Shown here piece by piece: positions 38,877-48,074 of a DNA stretch of 64,000 bases. The stretch is taken from the NCBI GenBank assembly GCA_016928165.1, contig JAFGLH010000185.1, positions 5,759 to 69,758 on the forward strand, written 5' to 3'. Origin of the DNA: Pirellulales bacterium. Lineage in GTDB: Bacteria > Planctomycetota > Planctomycetia > Pirellulales > Thermoguttaceae. Each line of letters opens with the position of its first letter. Position 1 is the first letter of the stretch. Made by a program: the position numbers and the translations under genes. The notes below the pieces were generated by a model that saw only the letters and a list, made by a program, of their open reading frames with translations, ran no database searches and was not told the DNA's origin.

Positions 38877-40283
38877 TCAATACGCATTCTTTCCAGAAAA
38901 CACGACGACCACGGTTTTCAACATGATCTTCAGGTCCATCCACAACGACCACTCGCGAATGTAGCAGTGGTCGAATTCGATTCTTTTTTCCATTTTATCG
39001 GGCGTGTCGGTCTCGCCGCGGGCGCCGTTGACTTGGGCCAGGCCGGTGATGCCCGGCTTGACTTTGTGCCGAAGCATGTATCCGCCGATCCGCGCGCGAA
39101 ACTCCTCGTTCAGCGCGTTTGGGTGCGGTCTCGGCCCGACAAGCGACATGCTGCCGCCGATGACGTTGAACAACTGCGGCAGTTCGTCCAACGAAGTTTT
39201 CCGCAGTATCGCGCCGACGCGAGTGACGCGGGGATCGTCGCGGACCGCCTGCACCGCTCGGGCGCCGTCCTCGCAAACCTTCATCGTGCGAAACTTACAG
39301 ACGCGGATTTCCCGGCCGTCCAGTCCGTATCGCCGCTGGCGGAAGAAGACTGGCCCGGGCGAGGTGAACTTGACGGCGGCGGCGATCGCCGCCATCGGCG
39401 CCGCGGCCAGCAACAATATCAGGCCGCCGAAAACCAGATCACAAAGCCGTTTTGCCAACCCGTCGATGCCGTACAACGGCGTCTCGAAAACGCTTACTAC
39501 CGGGAGGCCGTGGATATCGGTCCAACGCGAGTGCAGCAGTTGGAAGACGAAGAAATCGGGGACGATATAGACCGAGGCGGTAGTGTCGCCCAGTTTATCG
39601 AGCACTCCGCGGATGCGGTCCTCGGCGCGCATCGGAAAAGTAATGTAGATGCGGTCGATCTCGCCGCGGCGCGCTTTTGCGACCAGGTCCGGGATCGTTC
39701 CCAAGTGACCGCCCAACTCGGGAGGAATTTTCGGGGTGCGCCGCGGCGGACGATCGTCGAAGAACCCCGCCGGCGAGAGGCCCATCTCGGGCGTCGCTTC
39801 GATGTTCCTCGCCAACTGAAAGGCCAATTCATTTACGCCCACGATGGCGAACGTGCGCGTGTTGTAGCCGAGCAAACGCAATCCGCGCAGCGCGGCGCGG
39901 GCGGCGGTCCGCGCGACGATCATCATCGCCGGAGTGACGACGAACCAAGTAACCATCGAAATCCGCGAGAAATGCGAAGTATGCTTGGTGAGAAATCCCA
40001 ACGTCAGCAGCACGGCCAGCGAGCACCCCCAACAAGCCAGCGCGCCGAACAATTCGCGGTTTATCGACACCCCGCGCCAACTCCGGTACAGACCTCCGGC
40101 CTCGGCCACCACGTAAAAAACGACGATTGCAACGGCGGCGACGGTCACGTAAAGATTCGCGGTGGTCGTCAATCCTCGCTGCAGCGAGATCATCAGCCCC
40201 AAGACAATGCAGAGGGCATCGGCGATTCGATACCACAAACCGCGCAAGGACAGATGTTGATGGATCAGTTGTGGGGCGGACAT
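38877..40283 (-). CDS. undecaprenyl-phosphate hexose-1-phosphate transferase (WcaJ/WbaP-like initiating sugar transferase)
   Basis: N-terminal TM helices and the C-terminal bacterial sugar transferase domain KFRTM...DELPQLFNVIGGSMSLVGPRP. Confidence 0.9.
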   Translation of the reverse strand: MSAPQLIHQHLSLRGLWYRIADALCIVLGLMISLQRGLTTTANLYVTVAAVAIVVFYVVAEAGGLYRSWRGVSINRELFGALACWGCSLAVLLTLGFLTKHTSHFSRISMVTWFVVTPAMMIVARTAARAALRGLRLLGYNTRTFAIVGVNELAFQLARNIEATPEMGLSPAGFFDDRPPRRTPKIPPELGGHLGTIPDLVAKARRGEIDRIYITFPMRAEDRIRGVLDKLGDTTASVYIVPDFFVFQLLHSRWTDIHGLPVVSVFETPLYGIDGLAKRLCDLVFGGLILLLAAAPMAAIAAAVKFTSPGPVFFRQRRYGLDGREIRVCKFRTMKVCEDGARAVQAVRDDPRVTRVGAILRKTSLDELPQLFNVIGGSMSLVGPRPHPNALNEEFRARIGGYMLRHKVKPGITGLAQVNGARGETDTPDKMEKRIEFDHCYIREWSLWMDLKIMLKTVVVVFSGKNAY

Positions 40284-40316
40284 GGATGCGGATAATTTCT
40301 ATTCTGGACTTTGTAG

Positions 40317-40333
40317 GTCATGCCAGGCATGAC
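40317..40333. promoter_or_regulatory. 17-bp perfect palindrome GTCATGCC-A-GGCATGAC in a divergent promoter region
   Basis: Read directly from the sequence. It lies 34 nt upstream of the sugar transferase start and about 200 nt upstream of the porin-like gene. An operator role is inferred only. Confidence 0.35.
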
Positions 40334-40530
40334 ATTAAAAATTGACGGGCGGAACCAGACCGGCAAATGGCTGCCACCGCCGTCAAAGTTTTCCCTGCTG
40401 TTACAACAATAGAACATCTCGGCCGCTCGGCTACCCGTCGTGCCCGATTTATTAAGTCTGATACATGTTCAGTCGATACCGTAAGTGACGGAATTGGGGC
40501 CTTTTACGTTAACGACAGGACACGACGACA

Positions 40531-41919
40531 ATGATTAAGCAAACCCTGCCGATCGTGGCAATCATACTTGCATTCTCGGGCGCCGTTTTTGCACAAACGT
40601 CAAACCCACCGTATCTCGGACATACGGACGATCTTGCCGCTCGGTTGAACCAATTAGAGGCCGAGACGCAATCCCTTCGGGCGGAAGTCGAATGGCTCCG
40701 CGCGCATCCGGTCCGGCCCCCGAAGAACAACGCCGCGCCGGTAAGCATGTCCGCAATGATGGCCGCCGAAGACCAAGGAGACTATTTCACTCTCGAAGAG
40801 CTGCGCGGCGAAATGAAGAAGCTGGCGTGGACGAAGGGCGATTTCAAGATCGTTCCTTATGGAATACTTTGGGGGAACATGGTCTATGCGACTCAGCGGA
40901 CCTCGCCCGGCTCATATACGCTGTTCGTCGATTCGAAAACCGCGTCCAACGAGGACGAGTTCGTCGTCGATGCCCGAAACACGCGGATCGGGCTTGACGT
41001 CGGCGGTCCGCGAGTTCCCTTCCTTTTTTACGCTCCCAGCGGCGGCAAGGTGGAAATTGACTTCCAAAACAGCGTCCTATCCACGGAGAACAAACCGACA
41101 ATCCTCATGCGCCACGCCTACTTGGAGGTGAAGAACGAAGAGTTCCGGCTTTTGTTCGGGCAGACATGGGACGTGGTTTCACCGCTGATTCCCGGAACAT
41201 TGCTCTACTCCATCCTCTGGGACGCCGGCAACATCGGCTATCGCCGGGCACAGTTGCGCGGCGAGCGGTATCTGGCCCTCTCCGACGTTTCGCTGCTGTC
41301 GGTCCAACTCTCCGCCAATCAGCAGGTTTTCGAGGACGGCACGAATGAGATCGATGGCGAATTTCCCGACTGGCCGATCATCGAAGGCCGCCTCGGATGG
41401 ACCATTGGCCATCGCGGAAAGAATTGCTTGCCGATCACGTGCGGCGTTTCGGCGCACGTCGGCGAAGAACAGTTCGACCACACCGTCGTGGGGCCGAACG
41501 TCCGCCGTCAAACCTGGTCGGCAAACGCCGATCTCCGTATCCCGATCAATGATCGGCTCGGATTTCAGGGAGAGTGGTTCATGGGCGAAAATCTCGGCGC
41601 GTTCCTCGGCGGCATTGGCCAGGGCGTCAATCCGGTCACCCTGGGCGAAATCCGCAGCTACGGCGGCTGGTTCGAGGTCTGGTTCGACTGGACTGCCTAT
41701 CTGCACAGCCACGTCGGCTACAGCGTCGACGATCCGAACGACAACGACGTTGCCGCCGGGCAAAGGACTTACAACCAGTGCTATTTCGGCAACATAGCGT
41801 ACGACCTGACCGACAAGTTCCTCATCGGTCTCGAGGTCAGCTCGTGGAAAACGCTCTACGCCGAGCGGTTGCCGGGCGATTCGGTCCGCTGTGAATTCGT
41901 GGCAAAATATGGGTTCTAA
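40531..41919 (+). CDS. putative outer-membrane beta-barrel / porin-like protein
   Basis: Signal peptide MIKQTLPIVAIILAFSGAVFAQ, a short coiled coil, alternating-hydrophobicity strands, and a C-terminal ...VAKYGF ending in Phe. Confidence 0.6.
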   Translation: MIKQTLPIVAIILAFSGAVFAQTSNPPYLGHTDDLAARLNQLEAETQSLRAEVEWLRAHPVRPPKNNAAPVSMSAMMAAEDQGDYFTLEELRGEMKKLAWTKGDFKIVPYGILWGNMVYATQRTSPGSYTLFVDSKTASNEDEFVVDARNTRIGLDVGGPRVPFLFYAPSGGKVEIDFQNSVLSTENKPTILMRHAYLEVKNEEFRLLFGQTWDVVSPLIPGTLLYSILWDAGNIGYRRAQLRGERYLALSDVSLLSVQLSANQQVFEDGTNEIDGEFPDWPIIEGRLGWTIGHRGKNCLPITCGVSAHVGEEQFDHTVVGPNVRRQTWSANADLRIPINDRLGFQGEWFMGENLGAFLGGIGQGVNPVTLGEIRSYGGWFEVWFDWTAYLHSHVGYSVDDPNDNDVAAGQRTYNQCYFGNIAYDLTDKFLIGLEVSSWKTLYAERLPGDSVRCEFVAKYGF

Positions 41920-41946
41920 CTTAGGGACTCTAACAAAACCATAACG

Positions 41947-42027
41947 CCCTCATCCCCGACCCCTCTCCCGCTTCCGGGAGAGGGGAGTATTATTAGGGTT
42001 CTTTCTCCCGCTTGCGGGAGAGGGGAG
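41947..42027. repeat. two PLP-type elements downstream of the porin-like gene
   Basis: Copies ccctcatccccgacccctctcccgcttccgggagaggggag (41947-41987) and tctcccgcttgcgggagaggggag (42004-42027). Each is followed by tattnttag. Confidence 0.8.
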
Positions 42028-42308
42028 TATTGTTAGAGTTCCTTAGTTGGGATGTTAGGTCTTCTGCCGCCTCAACAGCGTATTCCCTTCCCTTTTCCCT
42101 TTTCAGTGTGGCATTAGCTGCAAATACCGCCTATGTGGCGGTTTGCATGGCCGGACATTATAGGCAATATGCGCAAATAAAGTAATTATTGCCGATTATT
42201 CTCTTTTTAACGAAAGTTTTAGTCCGGCAAAATCCGATGACTTTTCCGTCCACAACCTCCATCGTGGAGGCTCTGTGGGTATGCCCCCACTGTTAGGAGG
42301 ATAAGATA

Positions 42309-43619
42309 ATGAACTCGACCAGAAGCTGGTCAGTTGGAATTCTGCTTATTTCAATCGCATTTTTGACGGCCGTTCAAAGCGTCAACGCGGAAACCTGGAA
42401 GGCCCGTTCCGATACTTGGCAAACCGCCGCGGAGGAAGACGGTTCGCCTGCCGCGCTGAACTGGCAGCAGCGGGTATTAAAACGCCCTGTTTCCGCCGAA
42501 AAGCCGGCGGTCAGTCGATCCGTGGAACCAGCGGTCGTCGAAGGCGCCGAGCGGATTGCTCGTCGCTCGTCTTATGAACGCGGCACTTACGGTCCGGCGG
42601 AAAAAATGACCCGACGACCGATCTACTCGGCTCGACGTCCCGCCAGACTGGCTAACAACGACGTGCCCGAAGTAATTCCACCCGGGGCGACCGAGTACGA
42701 ACCGATCGCCGAGGAAGGGGTTTTCGCAGACGACGGGTGCGGTGGCTACGATTGTAACGGCGACTGCGGGGCGTGCGATTGTGCTCCCAGCGGCGAGTGT
42801 TGCGACTTCGGCTACGAGTGTTTCGATGGACGCTGCGATTGGTGGTTTCGCAATTTGACGGTCTTCGTCGGAGGACAAGGATTCAAGGGACCGCTTGACT
42901 GGGGCACGAACGGAAACTTCGGCTTCAACGAGGGATTGGGCATATCCGGTCCGCTCGGCGATCCCTGGGGATGCGGCTACCAGATGGGCGCTCGGTTCAC
43001 GCAGAGCGACGTTTACGGGCTGCCGGCCTCCGCTCCGGGGACCGACCGGACGCAGTATTTTGTTACGGCGGGAGTATTCCGCCGAGAGCTATGCCGCGGC
43101 TTACAGTGGAGCGCGGTCTGGGATTACATGCACGATCGATACTACGATACGTTCAAACTCCATCAAATCCGGGCCGATGTCGGGTTCGTCCTCGATCCAT
43201 GGAACGAGCTTGGTTTCCTAGGCACGTTCGGCGCCAACACCGACACATATAATTTCGGCAACTTCAACAACATCGTCCTCGACCCGACCGACATGTACGC
43301 CCTCTATTTCCGCCGCAATTTTGAAAACGGCGGCGACGGGCGGTTCTGGGGCGGCGCCACCGGCCGCGGCGACGGGATAATCGGAGCGGACCTCTGGGTG
43401 CCCTTGGGAAAAGGGTTCGCGCTGCAGAACATCATCAACTACAAACTGCCCAAGGAAGGCCGGGCGCACGGCGCACATGCCGACGAATCCTGGGGACTTA
43501 CGATCCAACTGGTCTGGTACCCCGGACAATCGGCCCTCAGCCAGCGTTGCAATCCTTACCGGCCCATGGCGAACGTGGCCGACAACGGGCTGTTTATGGT
43601 CGACCAGATCATCCGCTAA
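42309..43619 (+). CDS. secreted Cys-rich protein, possible envelope beta-barrel, function unknown
   Basis: Signal peptide, the cysteine cluster DDGCGGYDCNGDCGACDCAPSGECCDFGYECFDGRCDWW, then an aromatic/Gly-rich region. No named family recognised. Confidence 0.55.
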   Translation: MNSTRSWSVGILLISIAFLTAVQSVNAETWKARSDTWQTAAEEDGSPAALNWQQRVLKRPVSAEKPAVSRSVEPAVVEGAERIARRSSYERGTYGPAEKMTRRPIYSARRPARLANNDVPEVIPPGATEYEPIAEEGVFADDGCGGYDCNGDCGACDCAPSGECCDFGYECFDGRCDWWFRNLTVFVGGQGFKGPLDWGTNGNFGFNEGLGISGPLGDPWGCGYQMGARFTQSDVYGLPASAPGTDRTQYFVTAGVFRRELCRGLQWSAVWDYMHDRYYDTFKLHQIRADVGFVLDPWNELGFLGTFGANTDTYNFGNFNNIVLDPTDMYALYFRRNFENGGDGRFWGGATGRGDGIIGADLWVPLGKGFALQNIINYKLPKEGRAHGAHADESWGLTIQLVWYPGQSALSQRCNPYRPMANVADNGLFMVDQIIR

Positions 43620-44237
43620 TCAGTTGCTGATGCTTACTCCCCAACTTACGCCGGGGTGCGGATGACAGCGGTGGGGACGATAGTATCGCGGTCCCCAGTA
43701 CGGGGCATAGTGATATTCCTCGACGATCACCGGCGTCGATTCCTGGACCGCGACCGGATGGACGGCTTGTCGGGGCGGCTCCTGCATGGCGGCCACGACC
43801 CGCTTGCCAACGCCTTGCTGTTGCAGGCGGATCAGGTCGCCCGCTTGCAGCGCAGCAACCATGCCGTTGGCGCGAACATGGTTGACGATCAGTTCTTCAT
43901 CGACGCCCGCGGCGGTCATGGCAATCACGTCGTCGATGGTCACTGCGCCGGCGGCCACCTGCCGGCCGAGTTGTTGCGCAATCATTGCTCGGTTGCGCGC
44001 TTCGGACTCGTCGATGGCGTTTCCGATGGCCGCTCCGCCAAGCGCGCCGAGTCCGGCCCCGATGGCCGTACCCGCCCCGGCGTTGCCCATCTGGTCGCCG
44101 ACGATCGCCCCGGTGCCCGCCCCCAGCAGTCCACCCAGCAGCGCGCCCCGGTCGGAGTGATACGGCGATTGGCAGCCTGAATGGCAGAGAACCACTGACA
44201 GAAGCCCCATCATCGGCAACAACGGCATCCTTGCCAC
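43620..44237 (-). CDS. glycine-zipper lipoprotein
   Basis: Lipobox-like LCHSGC, followed by the glycine zipper GALLGGLLGAGTGAIVGDQMGNAGAGTAIGAGLGALGGAAIG. Its stop abuts the stop of the convergent gene. Confidence 0.7.
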   Translation of the reverse strand: MARMPLLPMMGLLSVVLCHSGCQSPYHSDRGALLGGLLGAGTGAIVGDQMGNAGAGTAIGAGLGALGGAAIGNAIDESEARNRAMIAQQLGRQVAAGAVTIDDVIAMTAAGVDEELIVNHVRANGMVAALQAGDLIRLQQQGVGKRVVAAMQEPPRQAVHPVAVQESTPVIVEEYHYAPYWGPRYYRPHRCHPHPGVSWGVSISN

Positions 44238-44362
44238 GGAAGTCTCCTTTTCAACGGCGACAATGTATGAAGATCATTTGGGTGAGGATTATTGTGTTGA
44301 AAATCTGTCGCCGTCAAGAGATAATAGGCAAAATAGGAATATCCGAAAAACTAGGCGAAATA

Positions 44363-47119
44363 CTATCGGCTGTCCTTCAATAGTCTGCGGAGCATGGCAA
44401 TATCGACCGTGTTCCGAGGCGAGAAGGAATCGCTTTCAAGATAGTCGAACAAGCTGCGGAGGAACTGTCGGGCGACTGGCCGCTCGGCTAGATTGTTGCG
44501 CAAGTCTATGCTGCACATCAACAGCTTGCCTTTGCCGACATTTGCCTCTATCAGAAGCCCCAATTTGCGGTTCGAGTACCAGTCGTCGATAATTTGAACG
44601 ATTGGGCGAAAATCGGCGGGCAAGTCGTCGAGAACCATCGCCCGAGATTTGCTCACAAGGTCCCACCATTGCCAGTCGGCATGGAAATCGGTGGGGAAAC
44701 CGGCCAAGGCGGGGTGGTTTGGCTTGCAGAGGATGCCGAGCGTTCGCAACGGCTGACGTGGAAAACAGACGGTGTTCCAGAAGATCGTGGAAAATGCGGG
44801 CGCGACGTCGCCCCGGACGGTTGCCGGCGGGGCGAGAAGCAGCACCTTTGTTCCCACTTCGAGCGCCGCCGCCGCCTCGGCGTCGAGCGATTGGGACACA
44901 TGTACGTCGTCCGGCGGCGCTAAGTCGAGAGTCGGCGGATAAACCCAAAAGTTCCAGTGATTTTTGTATGGCGTATCTTCAATCGAAAGTGTCAGCGTCA
45001 GTTGCGCCGGGACGGGACATTCACCCAGCGGAAAGTCGATCGATCCCAAATCGGCGATGCCGCCGGTTGAGATATTTTGCGCGGGCAGAAGCGAGGAGGC
45101 GAGCGTTCGTCCGGTTGCATCGCGGATTGTCCAGCGCGGCCGGATGTTTTTCATTGCGGTCGGGCCATAGTGGGCAATTTGAGCGGAAGCTCGAAGCGTC
45201 TCGTCGCCGGTAAACGTAAATTTGTTCATTCGCAGCAGAGGCGCCGTTTCGCAACAGAAACGCCGGAATTCGGCGGCGGACACATAACCCTTGCTTTGCC
45301 AGAAGGCATCGAGCACTCCCACCGGAGCGAATCCTTGTCCGGGAAAGTCCGTCAACCCCAGCAACTGAAATCCGCCGAACCCCGGCGTGCGCAAGCCGGC
45401 CTCGATTTCTTCCTTGTAAAGCAAGACTTGAAGTTTTCCGGAAGCGGCGAGAAAATCCTCGGCCTGGTCGAGCATGTTGTGATCGGCCAATGATCGCCGA
45501 AAGACCTCGATATTCTTCGCGCGGACCACTCCGGTGTATTTTTTAATTTCATCGAGGTTCGGATAAGAACACCACTGTCCCATCTCGTGGGATACTTCGG
45601 GAACGTGAAACTTCGCCACGATGTCGCAATAGTCGTTGTCGGTCGAAAGCGGCCGCCGATTAACGCGGCTGTTCAGCCCGGCTTCGGCGGATTGTATCCT
45701 GGCGCCGAGGGATTGGTATTGATTTTCGGGTATGTTCGGCCAGGCGGAAGCGCTGGTGTAGAGGCGTCGCGGATCGGACTGCTTCCAATGCGCGACGATT
45801 TCGGACGAAAACTCCGCTTGTTTTTCTCCGTAAGGTTCGTTGCCCACGCAAAACATGCAAAAGGACGGATGATTGCCGTAAGCGCGAAGAATCCGATCGC
45901 ATTCCGAGCGGATATAGTCGTCCAATTCCGGATATTCGCCGAGATATGTCCAAAACGGACCTTCGACTTGAAAAATGAATCCCTCGCGGTCAGCCGCCTC
46001 GAAGGCGGCTTCGGGCGGACACCACGAGTGGAATCGGAAGTGGTTCAGGCCGTAACTTTTCGCGATGCGGATAATGCGTTGCCATTCCGCCGCGTCGGTC
46101 GGAGGGTATCCGGTTAGCGGGAACACGCAACACTCCAATGTGCCGCGCAGGAATATCGGCCGGCCGTTGATGGCAAACTGCCTGCCTTTGGCGCCGAAAT
46201 CGCGCATTCCAAAACAGACGGATTTCGCGTCGGCGTATGAGTATGCTTTGTTGCCCGCTTCGAGAATCACGTCCAACTGGTAAAGATTAGGTGTGAACTC
46301 GTCCCACGTTCGCATCGTTTTGCCGAAGGGGATTTCGACGTTGCCTGTGGTCGGTTGGTGAAGCTGGAATTCGACCGGAACGGACCGCGAATATGGTTTT
46401 TGATTCTCCGTTCGGACCACGACGGTGAGCCGGCCCTTGATGAATTGACCGGAGGAGTTGACCACGGTGGCGCGTATCGCGGCCGTCCCGGCGGCAACGT
46501 CCGGATAGACCTGCACGTCGGAAATCCAGACGGGATCGGTCGCCCGCAACTCGATTCGGCCGATGACGCCGTTCCAATTGGTTTGAGTATGGTCGGACAT
46601 GCTATGGGCGCCGCCCCCCACGTTCACTTTATAGCGATTGTCCACTCGAATTACCAAGCGGTGATTGCCGGGGGTCAGCAGATCGCTCAAATCATATTCG
46701 TGCGCCGTGCTCAGGCTGTCTCTCATCCCTGCGGGCCGGCCGTCCACCCAAACACGCGTCTCCCAGTGGCAACGTTCGAGATACAACACAACTCTCTTGT
46801 CTTGCCAGTCGCGGGGAATGGCCACTTCCCGAACGTACCAAGCCGGTCCCACGTACTCGACCACGCGATTGAGCCACTGCGTGGTCGGTTCTGCGGTCTT
46901 CGTGCCGAAGCCGGCTTTGTCGGTCGAGCCGGGCAGATCGATCCGATCGGGCAATTGTCGATCGAACCATTTTTCGGCAACCCCGACATCCTCCGGGTCG
47001 AGTCGAAAACTCCATTTCCCGGCCAACGATATATTATTGGGAGCCTCCTCGACCGCTAAGCAAATGCGACAACCGCACAAAACCGCGACGACCAATGATG
47101 TCTTTATCAATATGCGCAT
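44363..47119 (-). CDS. glycoside hydrolase family 2-like enzyme
   Basis: Signal peptide, a GH2 sugar-binding N-domain pattern (WSFRLDP...VVLYLERCHWETRVWVDG), and a TIM-barrel region with NHFRFHSW and VGNEP motifs. Confidence 0.8.
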   Translation of the reverse strand: MRILIKTSLVVAVLCGCRICLAVEEAPNNISLAGKWSFRLDPEDVGVAEKWFDRQLPDRIDLPGSTDKAGFGTKTAEPTTQWLNRVVEYVGPAWYVREVAIPRDWQDKRVVLYLERCHWETRVWVDGRPAGMRDSLSTAHEYDLSDLLTPGNHRLVIRVDNRYKVNVGGGAHSMSDHTQTNWNGVIGRIELRATDPVWISDVQVYPDVAAGTAAIRATVVNSSGQFIKGRLTVVVRTENQKPYSRSVPVEFQLHQPTTGNVEIPFGKTMRTWDEFTPNLYQLDVILEAGNKAYSYADAKSVCFGMRDFGAKGRQFAINGRPIFLRGTLECCVFPLTGYPPTDAAEWQRIIRIAKSYGLNHFRFHSWCPPEAAFEAADREGFIFQVEGPFWTYLGEYPELDDYIRSECDRILRAYGNHPSFCMFCVGNEPYGEKQAEFSSEIVAHWKQSDPRRLYTSASAWPNIPENQYQSLGARIQSAEAGLNSRVNRRPLSTDNDYCDIVAKFHVPEVSHEMGQWCSYPNLDEIKKYTGVVRAKNIEVFRRSLADHNMLDQAEDFLAASGKLQVLLYKEEIEAGLRTPGFGGFQLLGLTDFPGQGFAPVGVLDAFWQSKGYVSAAEFRRFCCETAPLLRMNKFTFTGDETLRASAQIAHYGPTAMKNIRPRWTIRDATGRTLASSLLPAQNISTGGIADLGSIDFPLGECPVPAQLTLTLSIEDTPYKNHWNFWVYPPTLDLAPPDDVHVSQSLDAEAAAALEVGTKVLLLAPPATVRGDVAPAFSTIFWNTVCFPRQPLRTLGILCKPNHPALAGFPTDFHADWQWWDLVSKSRAMVLDDLPADFRPIVQIIDDWYSNRKLGLLIEANVGKGKLLMCSIDLRNNLAERPVARQFLRSLFDYLESDSFSPRNTVDIAMLRRLLKDSR

Positions 47120-47174
47120 GGCATGTTTCCTGCTGATCTACTGATCTCGGCGGAGAAAATCTGATCCTAGCAGA

Positions 47175-47705
47175 CTACCGAAGCAGGTGCAAATCCACGG
47201 CCCGCCGTTCCGCATTGACGGCGGCTAGGGCTTGGGGTTCTTTTTTCAACAGCTTGATCAATTGAGAGGCGGAGCAGCCGAGCATTTCGGCCGCTCGGCG
47301 GGGATCGAAGTCCTTGGCCGCCAGCGTGTCGAGCGCCTCGGCCAGCAGGGTGGGAAAGTCGGCGTGCGAGGTATTGATTTCGATTCGCCCGCCGCGGCAT
47401 CGCGATTGCCACAAGGGACTTGGGATTGTCCGATTATCAGCAGCACCCTTATTAGAAATCGATCGCCGGATTTCCAGGGCCAGATTGACCCGCAACCGGA
47501 ACATCGCAGCGGCGCGGTTTTCGGCTTGGCTCCGCCGCTCGGCCGCTTCGGCCATCACGCCGGTGGGGCAATGAACGAGCACGACGCCGGTGGAAACCTT
47601 ATTGCGGTGTTGGCCGCCGGGGCCGGACCGTTTGACAAACTGAATGGAACAATCTTCGAGCAACTTATCCGGCGGCAGCGCGGCGGGGTGATCGTATGGC
47701 GGCAT
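47175..47705 (-). CDS. GGQ-domain (RF-1 family) protein with a non-canonical C-terminal extension
   Basis: KRSGPGGQHRNKVSTGVVL is the peptidyl-tRNA hydrolase GGQ motif. It is followed by about 100 aa ending in AAEMLGCSASQLIKLLKK, which resembles a Fis-type HTH. Start at ATG 47705. Confidence 0.75.
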   Translation of the reverse strand: MPPYDHPAALPPDKLLEDCSIQFVKRSGPGGQHRNKVSTGVVLVHCPTGVMAEAAERRSQAENRAAAMFRLRVNLALEIRRSISNKGAADNRTIPSPLWQSRCRGGRIEINTSHADFPTLLAEALDTLAAKDFDPRRAAEMLGCSASQLIKLLKKEPQALAAVNAERRAVDLHLLR

Positions 47706-47894
47706 CGGCTCATCGAAGTTTGTGGAGACAAAAGAAATACTTGAGGGCGTCGCTTGTCTCCAAGCATGCAACCGTTCACAGGGGACTGCTCCCCCCGGCG
47801 GTGCGGCCTGTTAACAGTTGCCATTGTTGCCGGGACTCGATTTTCAATTCTATTGCAAATTGCCGCGGATGTCGATGGCGTAAGAAACGTGGGC

Positions 47895-47970
47895 GGTGAA
47901 GGGGACAGGCACATTTTTCACCCTTGAAAGGGCGAAAAAATGAGCCGGTCCCCGGCCCGTGAACGGTTAC
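47895..47970 (+). repeat. 70-nt repeat family copy B
   Basis: The sequence ggtgaaggggacaggcacatttttcacccttgaaagggcgaaaaaatgagccggtccccggcccgtgaacggttac is near-identical to 2859-2929. Confidence 0.85.
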
Positions 47971-48074
47971 GGCAAACCAGCAGAGGCACCAATTTCAAAA
48001 CACGTTTTAAGAAGATTTGCCATGAAAGATAAAAGCAATTTCAGCAAAAGCCGTTCTTTCCCATGGTCCGGAGT

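Noticed and set aside
38967-40295. A 442-aa plus-strand ORF opposite the WcaJ-like sugar transferase
   Set aside because: It is antisense to a gene with the conserved bacterial sugar transferase C-domain, and its composition is typical of a shadow ORF.
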